Origin: Eledone cirrhosa
Lineage: Eukaryota
Assembly: GCA_964016885.1 (NCBI GenBank)
Contig: OZ024743.1
Span: 203,980,001-204,044,000 of the forward strand
Reading direction: 5' to 3'
DNA length: 64,000 nt
The notes under the pieces were generated by a model, which was not told where the DNA came from, did no database searches, and worked only from the letters and a program-made list of their open reading frames with translations. The position numbers and the translations under genes were made by a program. Shown piece after piece: positions 34,330-47,414 of the stretch (positions are counted from its first letter, which is position 1; each line of letters opens with the position of its first letter).

Positions 34330-37017
34330 AGTATATATATATATACAAGATGTACATAGACTCATAATTAGCGACCTCATAGGCAAGACGAGACGTACTC
34401 GACAACAGAAGAGGACTATCCTCAGGAGAAAAATATGGAAGTTAAAGGATCCCACAGCCAGTAATAAATTTAAAAGCATATTACTTGATGCTTTTGATAG
34501 TAAGGAAGAGCAATTAGAGTCGTACAATATCGAGGAACAGTGGGAATTCGTGAAAGCTAACCTCCTGAAGGCGACAGATGAAACCTGTGGCTGGAGCAGA
34601 CCTATAGGCAGGAGGAGAGTAGTGGTGGTGGAACAGTAAGGTGGAGGGGTCAATCAAGGCCAAAAAGCAGGCTTGGAAAGCATGGCGGGATGGGGCAAGT
34701 AGAGAAGAATATCAAGCTGCCAGGATGGAAGCTAGGAGACAAGTGTACTTCGCAAGAAGGGAAGCAGAGTAAAGAAAGTTCAAGCATGTTCTACAACGCG
34801 AGGACCAAGAACGTGAGGTGTTTAGGATTGCTAGGCAATGTGTCAAGGAAAACCGTGATATTGTCGGGAAGAAGTGTGTACTTAACGATGATGGCGTACT
34901 TGCCATCACTGACGCTGATAAGAAGGTAGCTTGGAAATGTCACTACGAAAGGCTACTAAATGAGGAGAATAATTGGGAGAAAGACATTTTCACCCACATC
35001 GATCCAATAGAGGGACCAGCAGTGCAAGTTGAAGGTAGTATAATGAGTAAGGCGATCAAAAACATGAAGACGGGCAAGGCGGCTGGGCCTTCGAAAATAG
35101 TTGCTGAAATGCTAAAAGCATCTGGAACGGTGGGACACACTATGGTCACCCGGATAGTAAATCAAGTCATACAGCCGCATCATCATTAACTACTATAAGG
35201 GTAAAGGAGATGCCCTAGATAGGGGAAACTATAGAGGCATTAAATTAATTGACACGGTCATGAAGGTCACAGAAAAAGTAATAGCACAACTAATCAGAGA
35301 GCGAATTGATCTAGACCCAGACGAAATGCAGTTCGGTTTGTGTCAGTACAACAGACGCTCTTTTCATTGTACGACAACTACAGTAGAAGTACCTAGCTAA
35401 ATGTAAACCCCTATACTTAGCTTTTGTTGACTTGGAGAAAGCCTTTGACAGAGTACCCCGCTCGATTATCTGGTGGGCCTTTAGAAAACTAGGTGTTGAT
35501 GAATGGCTTGTTAGAGCTATACAAACCATGTATAAAGAAAGTCAGCAAGGTTAGAATTAACAACGAATATAGTGAAGAGTTTAGCGTAAAAGTTGGTGTC
35601 AATCAGGACTCCGTTCTTAGCCCCCTACTATTTATTATTGCCCTTCAGGCTATAACAGAGGAGTTCAAGACCGGCTGCCCATGGGAACTTCTATACGCAG
35701 ATGATCTAACGCTCATAGCCGAATCAATGGCTGAATTAGAGAAGAAATTCCAAACATGGAAGCATATCCTAGAATCAAAAGACCTTAAAATTAACCTGTC
35801 TAAGACTAAAGTTCTAGTTTGTAGGAAGGAAAATAGGGCACTGGTCCCATCTGGGAAATGGCCATGCTCAGTGTGTAGGAAAGGAGTAGGCAGAAACTCC
35901 ATTTTATGTCCCAAATGCAAAGTATGAGTGCATAAAATATGTAGTGGGATCGCAGGTAAGCTAACTAAGAATATAGATTTTATATGTGGCCGGTGCTCTG
36001 GTGCAATAAGTAGCAGCAAGTGCCCAGAAAATACTAGCTCATTCCATTGCAAAGATGGTTCTATAGAGATAGTGGACACCTTCCGTTACCTGGGTGACAA
36101 AATCAGCAGTGCTGGAGGGTGCTCTGAAATTACAGTAGCTAGAGTCAGAACGGGATGGAAAACGTTCAGAGATCTTATACCATTATTGGCCGCTAAAGGG
36201 TTCTCTCTAAAAATGAAAGGCAGGCTGTATGATGCCGGCATACGAACAGCAATGTTACATGGCAGTGAGACTTGGGCATTGTTCGCAGAGGATATACGCA
36301 GACTGGAGAGGAACGAAGCTTGCATGCTCCGTTGGATGTGTAATAGTAATATACGTGAACGGCAAAGCATAAATAAACTAAGGGAGAAATTAGGACTAAG
36401 AGGAATCAGATGTTGTTTACTCGAGAGAAGAATACGTTGGTATGGTCATGTGATGCACATGAAAGACGACAGCTGTATAAAAATGTGCAGGGTGATAAAA
36501 ATAGACGGTAGCCACGGAGTAGGCAGACCCAGAAAAACCTGGGACGACTTGATAAATTCCTACCTCACACATTTACACCTCTCCAAGACAATGTCACTGG
36601 ACGCTACACAGTAATACAGAAGACCCGCCTTGCCTAAGTACAAAGCGAAACCTACAGTCAGTAGGCACCTCTAACAAAAATACACCCCCGTCCCACCACC
36701 CCCACCCCATCCACACCACCCCTTCCGATGTAAAGTTATGTTGGTACCACAACATCCAGTCCGAAATAAATGAGGTCGTGTAGGTGTCACGAAAAGTAAA
36801 AACACACAGTCCACGCTGTAATGTGGCCCTGTAGGTAACACGGTAAAAATCTCCCAGTCCACACTGTAAACGTGGTTGGTGTTAGGAAGGGCATCTATCC
36901 GTATAAAACCCGCCAGACAATCCTATACGAGCAAGACAACCAATCTTGCCTCAAGTGGGAAAACTCCCGTCCAAACCCATGCAAGCGTGGAAGATGGACG
37001 TTAAACGATGATGATGA

Positions 37018-37020
<3 letters not shown>
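34330..37020 (+). pseudogene. 5'-truncated, decayed RTE LINE
   Basis: Close homology to the 991-aa ORF with frameshifts. (GAT)n tail. Confidence 0.93.
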
Positions 37021-37089
<69 letters not shown>

Positions 37090-37107
37090 GTATATATCAT
37101 CATCATA

Positions 37108-38131
37108 CGAGGGGGGATCAAAAAGTTCGCGGAATTTTATCGGAGCAAGAAAAAGATCAGGTTAAAACAATATTAAACATGTCAGAACATGACCAGGAAC
37201 ATCATAATATGACCAAAACGTTGAGGCTGCTCAGACTTTAATTGAAGAAGATCGAAGAATAACAGTTAATCAGTTAGCTAAGTACCTAGACATTTCATAT
37301 GGTTCGGCAAATTCAATTCTGCACGATAATTTGGGACTAAGCAAGCTTTCAGCGCGATGGGTCCCAAAAGCGTTGTGCCCTGATCAGCTGATTCTTCGAA
37401 GTGATCTGTCTTTTGCGATATTAAACAAAATTGAAGTTGATGAAGAGTATTTTCTGACCAGAATCATGACCGGAGATGAAACCTGGATCTACCAGTATGA
37501 TCCTGAATCCAAACAGCAGTCAAAACAGTGGCTTCCACGTGGATCATGGGGGCCAATCAAGTTCAAATTTCAAAAGTCGGATCAAAAAGTGATGGCCACC
37601 ATTTTCTGGGATTCAGATGGGGTGATACAAATAGATTATCTTGAAGGTCAAAGAACTGTGACAGGAGCTTACTATGCAAATGTTTTAAGGAAGCTTAAAG
37701 AGGCATTAGTCAAGGAACGAAAAGGGAAACTTCATGGTGGGATCTTGTTTCACCATGACAATGCACCAGCACATTCTGCGCGGGTTGCAAAAGAAGTTCT
37801 TTGGGAAGAATTTCGATGGGAAGTGCTTCCTCACCCGCCTTATAGTCCAGATTTAGCCCCATCAGACTTTTTCCTCTTTCCAAACCTCAAAGAAATGCTT
37901 AAAGGAACCCGTTTTAGTGGTGTTGAAGAAGCTAAAAACGCTGGCAACACATGGCTTCGAACAAGGCCTTCAACTTTCTTTAGAGACGGCTTACGGAGCT
38001 GGAAGCATCTCCTTGTGAAGTGTATTGACCTGGATGGCAACTATGTAGAAAAATAAATTGAAGGTAAATCATATCTTTTGAAAAGTAGGTTATTTTCTGA
38101 AAAATTCAGCGAACTTTTTAATCCCCACTCG
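37108..38131 (+). mobile_element. Mariner transposon (internally deleted); catalytic ORF 37331-38056
   Basis: TIRs CGAGGGGGGATCAAAAAGTTCGC / GCGAACTTTTTAATCCCCACTCG with TA TSD. WVPK, TGDETW, HHDNAPAH, PPYSPDLAPSDF. Confidence 0.93.
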
Positions 38132-38175
38132 TATATATACATATATATATATATAGATTTGTATATATATATATG

Positions 38176-38216
<41 letters not shown>

Positions 38217-38590
38217 GTATTTATGTATATATGTATATATATATATGTATATATATATATTTATATATATATATATGTATATATATATATGCTTGTTAAT
38301 TTATTAACCTGCCATAGAACCACATTGGCATATGGTTGGATAATACATGTGTCCCTATATGTATTTTGCATGTAGGGATACATAATTTATTATTATTAAT
38401 CTCCCCTGGTCGAGATAAAATTTTGGTCGTTTTAACTGCTGCTATTTCTGGTGGTAGTAGATTGACCTTTCCGCCTCTGCCTTCTATCTTTGCACACGGC
38501 ACTGGACAGAATTGCTTCTTTATCATACACTCTCATCACGGGAACAATTTTGAATAGCGCAAGTTCGTGATTTGAACTCGGGAAGTTTAT

Positions 38591-38701
38591 ATTCACTGAG
38601 GGAAAAGAACCCTCTGACGAGAGTCTTCCTTTTCAATCTATTTTCCGCATTGACTATCCATTTATTTTGAGACTTGAAACCGTACAGCAGGTACAGTGAA
38701 T
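38591..38701 (+). ncRNA. Hammerhead-like motif with an extra hairpin between stem I and the core
   Basis: AUUCACUG-[AGGGaaaagaaCCCU]-CUGACGA-GAGUCU...AGACUU-GAAA-CCguacagcaGG-UA-CAGUGAAU. Confidence 0.55.
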
Positions 38702-38746
38702 TTTTTAAAATTTATTTTAAAACTTTTTCTTTTTTGCTAAACCTTG

Positions 38747-38802
<56 letters not shown>

Positions 38803-38807
<5 letters not shown>

Positions 38808-38909
38808 GGAAAAAATGAAACGAAATTTCATTTCCCACTCCTAGTACGGCTGTTACTTAAATATAAGTATGTATACGTACATACATAAATGTATACAGAC
38901 GTACAGTAG

Positions 38910-38945
<36 letters not shown>

Positions 38946-39308
38946 CATACATGCACACATATGTATATGTACGTATGGATTCCCCGATCATTTATTATAA
39001 TGCTCGGTGTGTTTGTAAACAAACATCCCGTATTAAGCCGTAGTGTCTAGCAACCATCGTTGCTCGTTTGTTCAACACTGACAAAGGAACGCTGTACTAG
39101 TTTCAAGCCTACTAGCTATCGTCAGCAACGTACACCTTCCTGCTAGATGATTGAACGTATGAAAGTATATACTTTCCTTATCCATATTAACGGCTGAGTA
39201 GCCTAATTTGCATATCGAGTGGGTTAATCGGCCGGGTGCACCGAAAACGATAAACGGAAAAAATGAAACGAAATTTCATTTCCCACTCCTAATACGGCTG
39301 TTACTTAA
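38803..39308 (-). mobile_element. Non-coding 448-nt unit with ~58-nt terminal redundancy and a hammerhead; retrozyme candidate B
   Basis: Direct repeat 38803-38860 / 39251-39308. HHR at 39089-39131. Octamer ATTTGCAT at 39206-39213. Confidence 0.7.
39089..39131 (-). ncRNA. Minimal type I hammerhead
   Basis: Minus: ACGUUG-CUGACGA-uAGCUaguaGGCUu-GAAA-CUAG-UA-CAGCGU. Confidence 0.75.
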
Positions 39309-39760
39309 CTATAACGGCTTCTCCATGCTTTCCATTTGGAAACTATGTTTATTCCCTTTCAGATACTAATTAGTTGGAGTGAAATTTTAGTAAGTTAATT
39401 TTTATAATTTTCTTATTTTACGTCTTTCATATATATATATATACATATGAACATTAATCAGTATACACTGAGGATGAAAAATCAGAGCTGTATGGGAGCA
39501 TCCCAAAAGTCAGCTCAAAAGTGACACAGAGGAGACTGAGGTTAGCTGGACATGTTCACCGAAATCCAGAGTTGACATTGCACCCAGTGCTCCTTTGAGA
39601 GCCCCTAGATGGACACACTAGAAGAGGAAGAAAAAGGTTAACGTATGTTGATGACCTAAGGACAGACACTGGTCTGTTGGAGACGCAGGACATGGCAGCG
39701 ATAATGAGGGACAGAGACCGCTGGAGAGAACTCGTCCATGGATCTCGGGAATTTTACCCG

Positions 39761-39848
<88 letters not shown>

Positions 39849-40294
39849 CTTAAAATAAGAAAATTATAAAAATTAACTTTCTTACTAAATTTCACTCCAA
39901 CTAATTAGTTTCTGAAAGGGAATAAACATGGTTTCCAAATGGAAAGCATGGAGAAGCCGTTTCGTCATCAGGAAGTCTGTTCTCAGCTAAGTTACCAGGC
40001 GATGCGTGGACAGATGGAACTTATACGAAAATAATTCAGTGGATGGAAAAAAGCAAGCGTGGACTAAATTCCAAGACATTAGAAAAAATCACTGCCTACT
40101 TGGTAGGTGGCAAATTCAAAAGAATCAATCACGTGATATCGAGGTTAATCAGTGAGGAGTGGGGTGTTAGAAAGACAGCAGCCAAGCCATTACTATGAAC
40201 TATAGTAGCAGTTTTGGCAAATTTTTGCTCAACAAAATAATTTGGAGATAATTATAAAGAAAGTTACTAATTACTAAGACAAAAGCTATATATT

Positions 40295-42106
40295 TGCACA
40301 TGCGGTAGGGGCCAGTATAAAATTAACCCTTAAGGAACATATGTTCAAATTTAATGGAAAAACATATGCCCAAGAGGAAGGAGCAGCCATTGGTGTTAGC
40401 ATTTCAGGCGACATAGCTAACTTATTCATGGTATGGTGGGACAGTAGACTTAAACTTAAACTTAAAGAACAATTAGAAGACAGCTTAACCCTGATAATGT
40501 ACTCCTGCTACGTAGATGATATAAACATCGTAGTTAAGACACCCCCACTAGAGAACAGTCAGGAACTAGAGAAAAACACAATGGAAAGCATCCAGCAAAT
40601 AGCAAACTCCATCCACCAGAGCATTAGAGTTACTATAGACTACCCAAGTAGACACCCCAACCATCGATTACCTGTACTAGACACAGAGCTCTGGTTAGAT
40701 ACCATTAACAACCAAAAACAAATCCTCCATTCCCATTATGCCAAACCCATGACTTCCAAACATCTGATCCACCGAAACTCGGCCATTTCGGACCATACCA
40801 AAATCAACATACTGATTGCGGATTTGGTACGGGTGATGAGAAATGTGTCCCGCATGTGCAACCCCGAAGAACTAGAGAGACACATACAACACTTCATCCA
40901 CCGTATGCAGTTCTCTGGCTACAATCAGAGAGATAGAATCAGAGTGTATAGAGGAGCCAGAACCAAATGGGAAAAAATGGTAAATAATGACATAAATGGG
41001 ACCTGCCCCTTGTATAGGAGCAAATTTTGGAATAGAATAGAAAGAACTAGGAACAAGGCCAATAGAATAAACTCATGGTATGATAGCAATAAATACCAGA
41101 GTGTAATGTTCATCGATACAACCCCTAGAGGCGGACTAGCCTACAAATTTAGAAGGGCCCTAAATAAACATAAACTCAATATTAAGATAGTAGAAAGACC
41201 AGGTACCTCCGTAAAAACACTTATTAGCAAGACATACCCGTTCCAAAGACCCTCATGTATAGATAAGAAATGTATAACCTGTAAAATAAGCCCCCATATT
41301 AACTGTAAAACTAAAAATGTAGTGTATAGCATAAGATGTACTGAAGGACAATGTAGAAACAAAAATATAGTGTACATAGGTGAGACAGCTCGTATTATAG
41401 GGGAACGGATAAATGAACACTGGCGAGACCTTCAAGATAATAAAGAATCATCTGTACTCTACCAACATGCTAAGATAGAACACAAGGGTAAATTAGAGAA
41501 CATAGAAATAAAAATAGAATCTACACACAGAAAAGATGCAATGTTTAGACAAATTACAGAGGCAATAAACATAAAAGAATTACAACCAAAATTAAATAGA
41601 AAATATGAGTGGAACAGCAACATCACAACTTACAATTAAGGACAAAATGAAAACACACACACACATAGAACAAACAACCAACCAACAACATGTAAATAAA
41701 TAAACAAATAGAAAAATGAACACAAACACACACAGATACCCGGATGTGGCGCATGCGCAAACTGAGCACACAACACACACACAGAAACAAAATGGCGTAG
41801 GACAGAAGAAAGGAAAGGCACAGAAACAAAGAAAGGAATCCCCAGTCACTGAAGAGGTCACAGAGTGTGTGACGAAAGGACTATGACTATATATAAACAA
41901 CTATCTGGTTGTGGAACCAACCAACCAACCAGAAATTTATAAATTTGCAGATTTGTAAATTTATAAATTTATAAATATATAATAAATTGAAGTGAAAGCA
42001 ACTGGTGCGTGTGTTTCTTATTGGCAACATGACCCTCCCAAAGTATAACAATATCGGTTTCAACACACGATTTCAGATAAAGAATCTTGCTAAACAAATT
42101 CAGAAA

Positions 42107-42109
<3 letters not shown>
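40295..42109 (+). mobile_element. 5'-truncated Penelope-like element; open ORF 40341-41639 (RT C-half + GIY-YIG)
   Basis: GAAIG, YVDDI, LPVLD, C-x4-C-x2-C linker, VVYSIRC..YIGETAR..ERINEH, EAINI..LN. Same family as 12500-16160. Confidence 0.92.
41844..41888 (+). ncRNA. Minimal hammerhead in PLE pLTR
   Basis: AGUCA-CUGAAGA-gGUCACAgagugUGUGAC-GAAA-GGAC-UA-UGACU. Confidence 0.7.
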
Positions 42110-42192
<83 letters not shown>

Positions 42193-42246
42193 CGGCGATG
42201 AATTAGTTTAGCGAGGTTTTTTATATGAAATCGTGTGTCGAAACAA

Positions 42247-42510
42247 ATATTGTTATACTTGGGGAGGGTCATATTTGTGTAGTATTGCCAGAATTAATAA
42301 CAGAACACACTCACTGTTTGGTTGGTTTTCGCTTCTCGCTGTCTTTTATATCTGACCGTCGGTCAGTCAATGGCAACATCGAGGACCGAGTAAGTTAGAT
42401 CGCAGATATAAAAGACAGCGAGAAGCGAAAACCAACCAAACAGTGAGTGTGTTCTGTTATTAATTCTGACAATATTACACAAATATGACCCTCCCCAAGT
42501 ATAACAATAT
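42247..42510. repeat. Fold-back (~108-bp arms) of a related PLE tail
   Basis: Arms 42247-42354 / 42403-42510. Related copy at 27916-28060. Confidence 0.85.
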
Positions 42511-42512
42511 AT

Positions 42513-42605
<93 letters not shown>

Positions 42606-42951
42606 CTATCTATCTATCTATCTAAGGCGGGTAAAATTCCCGAGGTCCATGGACGAGTTCTCTCCAGCGGTCTCTGTCCCTCATTATCGCTGCCATGTCC
42701 CAACAGACCAGTGTCTGTCCTTAGGGCATCAACATACGTTAACCTTGGTCTTCCTATTCTAGTGTGTCCATGTAGGGGCTCCCAAAAGAGCACTGAGTGC
42801 AATGTCATCTCTGGATGTCGGTGAGCATGTCCAGCTAACCTCAGTCTCCTCTGTGTCACTTTTGGAGGAAATGTGGTAAGGAAATGTGGTAAGGAACCAG
42901 GTGGACCATAACGCACCAAAGTACTCAATACTTAGGATAGTAGAGTGGATA

Positions 42952-43078
42952 ATAGGAACGAGTAGGACCCCGACGGCTGAGCTCAAGCCGTTTGGACGGC
43001 TAATTCTGGACTTATGGCGTCCAGAATTAGCCGTCGAAACGGCTTGAGCTCAGCCGTCGGGGTCCTACTCGTTCCTAT
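42952..43078. repeat. ~60-bp-arm palindrome carrying a hammerhead 3' half
   Basis: ...CCGTC-GAAA-CGGCtTGAGCTCAGCCG-TC-GGGGTCC. The CUGA half is absent. Related pieces at 27485 and 28425. Confidence 0.75.
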
Positions 43079-43086
43079 ATATATAA

Positions 43087-43141
<55 letters not shown>

Positions 43142-43171
43142 CATATGTATATATATATATATATATGTATA

Positions 43172-43258
<87 letters not shown>

Positions 43259-43259
43259 G

Positions 43260-43314
<55 letters not shown>

Positions 43315-43536
43315 TTATATATATATATATATATATATGAATGTAGGTATGTATGTATACGTACATACATATATGTATACAGACGTACAGTAGCATGCAT
43401 ATATATATAGGTGACGTGGTTGCCTTAACACCGTACGGCATAAATTCAGGCTGTTCAGTTTGTTTACAAACGAACAAAGCGGGCGTTATAATAAGCGTCC
43501 GCTAAACTGATACGTACATATATGTATGTGTACCTG

Positions 43537-43622
<86 letters not shown>

Positions 43623-43837
43623 TGCTACGTATACATACATACTTACATTTAAGTAAGTGCCGTACTAAGAGTGAGAAATGAAATTTCGTTTTCATTTTAT
43701 TACAACTTATATATGTATAAGTATATATATACGTATATATATATATGTATATATATATGTATATATATATATATATGTGTTTGTATATATATATATATAT
43801 GTATATATATGTATATATATATATATGTATATATATG

Positions 43838-43890
<53 letters not shown>

Positions 43891-43909
43891 GTATATATAT
43901 ATATGTGTG

Positions 43910-43941
<32 letters not shown>

Positions 43942-43949
43942 CATGTATA

Positions 43950-43987
<38 letters not shown>

Positions 43988-44013
43988 TAAATGTATATAT
44001 ATAAATATATATG

Positions 44014-44052
<39 letters not shown>

Positions 44053-44053
44053 G

Positions 44054-44448
44054 TATTAATAAGAGGAATTCCAACTTTGTCTGATTTACTCGTTTTATTT
44101 ACAATCCTTTTAAATATATATAAAATGGTATTATAATGAAATAGTATGATAGAATATTAAATTCTAAGTGTTAATTGAACAAGTACTTTCATGCTTTCGC
44201 TATCTTCAGGTTCATGATATGTGGTGACAGTCGAGTTTGCAATTTTCAACTGTTGAAAATTGCAAACTCGACTGTCACCACATATCATGAACCTGAAGAT
44301 TGCGAAAGCATGAAAGTACTTGTTCAATTAACACTTAGAATTTAATATTCTATCATACTATTTCATTATAATACCATTTTATATATATTTTAAAGGATTG
44401 TAAATAAAACGAGTAAATCAGACAAAGTTGGAATTCCTCTTATTAATA
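44054..44448. repeat. Near-perfect 197-bp-arm palindrome with a hammerhead on each strand (44176-44214 -, 44288-44326 +)
   Basis: 1-nt centre at 44251. UGAAC-CUGAAGA-uUGCgaaaGCAu-GAAA-GUAC-UU-GUUCA. Confidence 0.9.
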
Positions 44449-44564
44449 TAATCTTCTATACACAATCATACACACCCGTGTATATTTACCTATCTATATC
44501 TATATATATATATGTGTATATATATATATATATATGTGTATATATATATATATATATGTGTATA

Positions 44565-44614
<50 letters not shown>

Positions 44615-44648
44615 CATATATATATATATGTATATATATATATATGTA

Positions 44649-44699
<51 letters not shown>

Positions 44700-44724
44700 G
44701 TATATATATACATGTATAAATATA

Positions 44725-44806
<82 letters not shown>

Positions 44807-44894
44807 TATGTATATGTATATATGTATATGTATATATATATATGTATGTATATATATGTATATATATATTATATCAAAATTAGACATTTGAATA

Positions 44895-45095
44895 TGTTCC
44901 TAAAATATTGACATAACTGTGTCCAGAATTCCAATGTTCCTTAAATATTGACATAACAGTGTCCAGAATTCCAATGTTCCTTAAATATTGACATAACAGT
45001 GTCCAGAATTCCAATGTTCCTTAAATATTGACATAACAGTGTCCAGAACTCCAATGTTCTTAAAATGTTGACATAATGGTGTCCAGATCTCCAAT
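44895..45095. repeat. 40-bp minisatellite, ~5 copies
   Basis: Unit TGTTCCTTAAATATTGACATAACAGTGTCCAGAATTCCAA. Confidence 0.9.
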
Positions 45096-45899
45096 ATTTA
45101 GGTTAAGTACATATCTAATATAATATAAGCTAGGGTTCACCACAAATGTATTTCCAGTTAGTACAAACTATACCTAACAATTATGTTTCATAGAACAAAT
45201 AACAATTCATTATCACTGCATGTATTGCTCTTGGCAAATTTCAATATTTGAATGTGCATGTTCCCTCCACCGAATACTCTGGATTTAAAACTTTATAAGA
45301 ATTTATTTCCATTTATTTCCATATGTCGTTTTTTCTTCCGACACTCTAACACTCATCAGTGATCTATCTTGTGACAATCCACTTTTCAGCCAGGGCAATA
45401 ACAGGTATTCTGATTCTAGTCAATTGCCAGTTCTTGATTGATATTTATTCAACCTTCCCTCACCCGCAAAGGATAAAAGACTAAGTCCAAGCTGGTAAGT
45501 TTTACCTTAAAACATAAAGACAGCTAAACAAGTGCAGCAGGCCCTTTTGTATGAAGCTGTAACAAATATTATTATTTGAGGTTAACTTTGCCTTTCATCC
45601 TTCCGGCGTCGATAAAATAAAGTGGAATTATCGCTCCCAATTCCCATTGCTTTCCCTAGATCCTGGCTACCTGGCACTAATATGAGTGATTAATATATAT
45701 ATTTTTCAAAATGTAATTATCGATACAGGTAGGATCTTTTGATTGCCTTATTGATCTAGAAAATGTGCTTCTTCATAAGTATAATGACATGAAAAAATAC
45801 AAGTTTTTAGAAATTAAATTATAATTAATTTAATTATGACAAATATGTTTACCCGGTTTTTACCACAAACAAATTATTTTCCTGAAACATGACAATAAT

Positions 45900-46410
45900 C
45901 TATGTTGTACATATAAATTTGAAACAGTCCCCCTCCACATTAAGTGCTTTAAAAAACTGCTTCATTAGTCCTAGTTTAATATGAAGGAGAGGGAAGATGA
46001 TTTTCTCTTGCCCACCGAGTTGTTGGTGTATGATAGATATTCTTCTCTCCAGCAGTCAAACTTTATTTCTAACTGACCAGTGCTTCTGTTCCCAAAGTTT
46101 ATCTTTCACTCAGATATCCCATAAACACTGGAAACACGGATATTTTGTATACCCTCCTTGTTGAGCAACTAAAAAGTTGACCAGTTTCAGATTCACACAA
46201 GTCTTATTTGAGTAAATCTAATACAGTTTTTATGTTTTCATGCTTCTCTTTTAAGTGCACAGAGCAACCAATAGGAATTGCACCTAACAGTTTTCCGTTA
46301 TGGAATAATACACATTTTAGACTCTTATTTTAACTATCTATAAAGAGTCTCAATTCATGAGGATCATACTGTAGAGCACACATTGCTTTTAACAGTCCCA
46401 TCACATTACA
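45900..46410 (-). pseudogene. Decayed DNA transposase fragment, probably CMC-Chapaev3
   Basis: Minus: RLFIDS..SLKCVLFHNG, QQGGYTKYPCF.CLWD, PLLHIKLGLMKQFFKAL. Superfamily assigned from recall. Confidence 0.7.
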
Positions 46411-46609
46411 ACGTGATAGAAAAACGTATTGTTATTTTTAAACTTAAGGGCCCCAAATTAGTCAAGAACAGGTCAAACTTAGGTCAGCAGAAAAAAAAGC
46501 AAAATTTTGTTGGTCAGTGTTATTTGGCAAGTGTGAAAACCTACCAACACTTCTTTCTCTAGAAAAAAGATATAGTAAATTTATAGAAGCCACCCCACTC
46601 GCTATCAGT

Positions 46610-47225
46610 GAGGAAAACATTTCTCGGTTTTTTCATGTGCTATCAACTAATCTAACCTCCAAGATTCTGGCAATCGACATTTCGAAGAATGGAAGGAGTT
46701 GGGTATCACCCCCACCACGGAGTTTTCCCTACGACTTGTTTTTTTTTTGTTATCAACGAGTAGGACCTCCAAACCAATCGGAAACGAGATATGTAGAAAA
46801 AGTAAGGTGAAAGGGTGCGAAAAGACCATTGCAGTTGCGCAGATCTACGCACCTCTCACGTTTGGTGGAAAATAATTTTCTTTGTTTTATTTTGTTTTTT
46901 CTAGACCTCTTCGATGCTTAGAATCGGCTTTTTTTCCCCAGATAACAGAAACCATAAACCTAACTCTAAACGTAACTCTAACCATAAAACGATGTATATA
47001 TCTGCGAAACTCCGATGGTCTTTTCACTCCCCCTTTTTCTACATATCTAGTCGTTTCCAACTGGTTTGGGGATCATGTGTGTTGATAACACGCGCCAAAA
47101 AAATTCCGTAAAGAAAACTGCTATCCCACCCTCCCCTTCTCCAAGAAAAAAAAAGTTGATTGCCAGAATCTTGGAGGTGAGATTAGTTGATAGCACACGA
47201 AAAAAAAAGCGAGAAAACATTTTTT
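46610..47225. mobile_element. Imperfect long fold-back (MITE-like) element
   Basis: GTGCTATCAACTAATCT-ACCTCCAAGATTCTGGCAATC is inverted at ~47155-47197. Inner arms ~46750-46850 / 46997-47088. Confidence 0.65.
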
Positions 47226-47335
47226 TTCCACTAAAATCGAGTGGGATGTTCTATAATAATACCAAAAATATACTAACGTCTGAGATATTTGGTCACGTAA
47301 AAACTGCATCCTTTAACACTTTAAAAGTGCTTGTG

Positions 47336-47411
<76 letters not shown>

Positions 47412-47414
<3 letters not shown>

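Noticed and set aside
39945-39980. Minus-strand CUGAUGAcGAAAC hammerhead core
   Set aside because: Stem II is absent and there is no stem I pairing; at best a deleted relic.
44895-45095. CRISPR-like array
   Set aside because: Contiguous 40-bp tandem units with no unique spacers, in a eukaryotic context.
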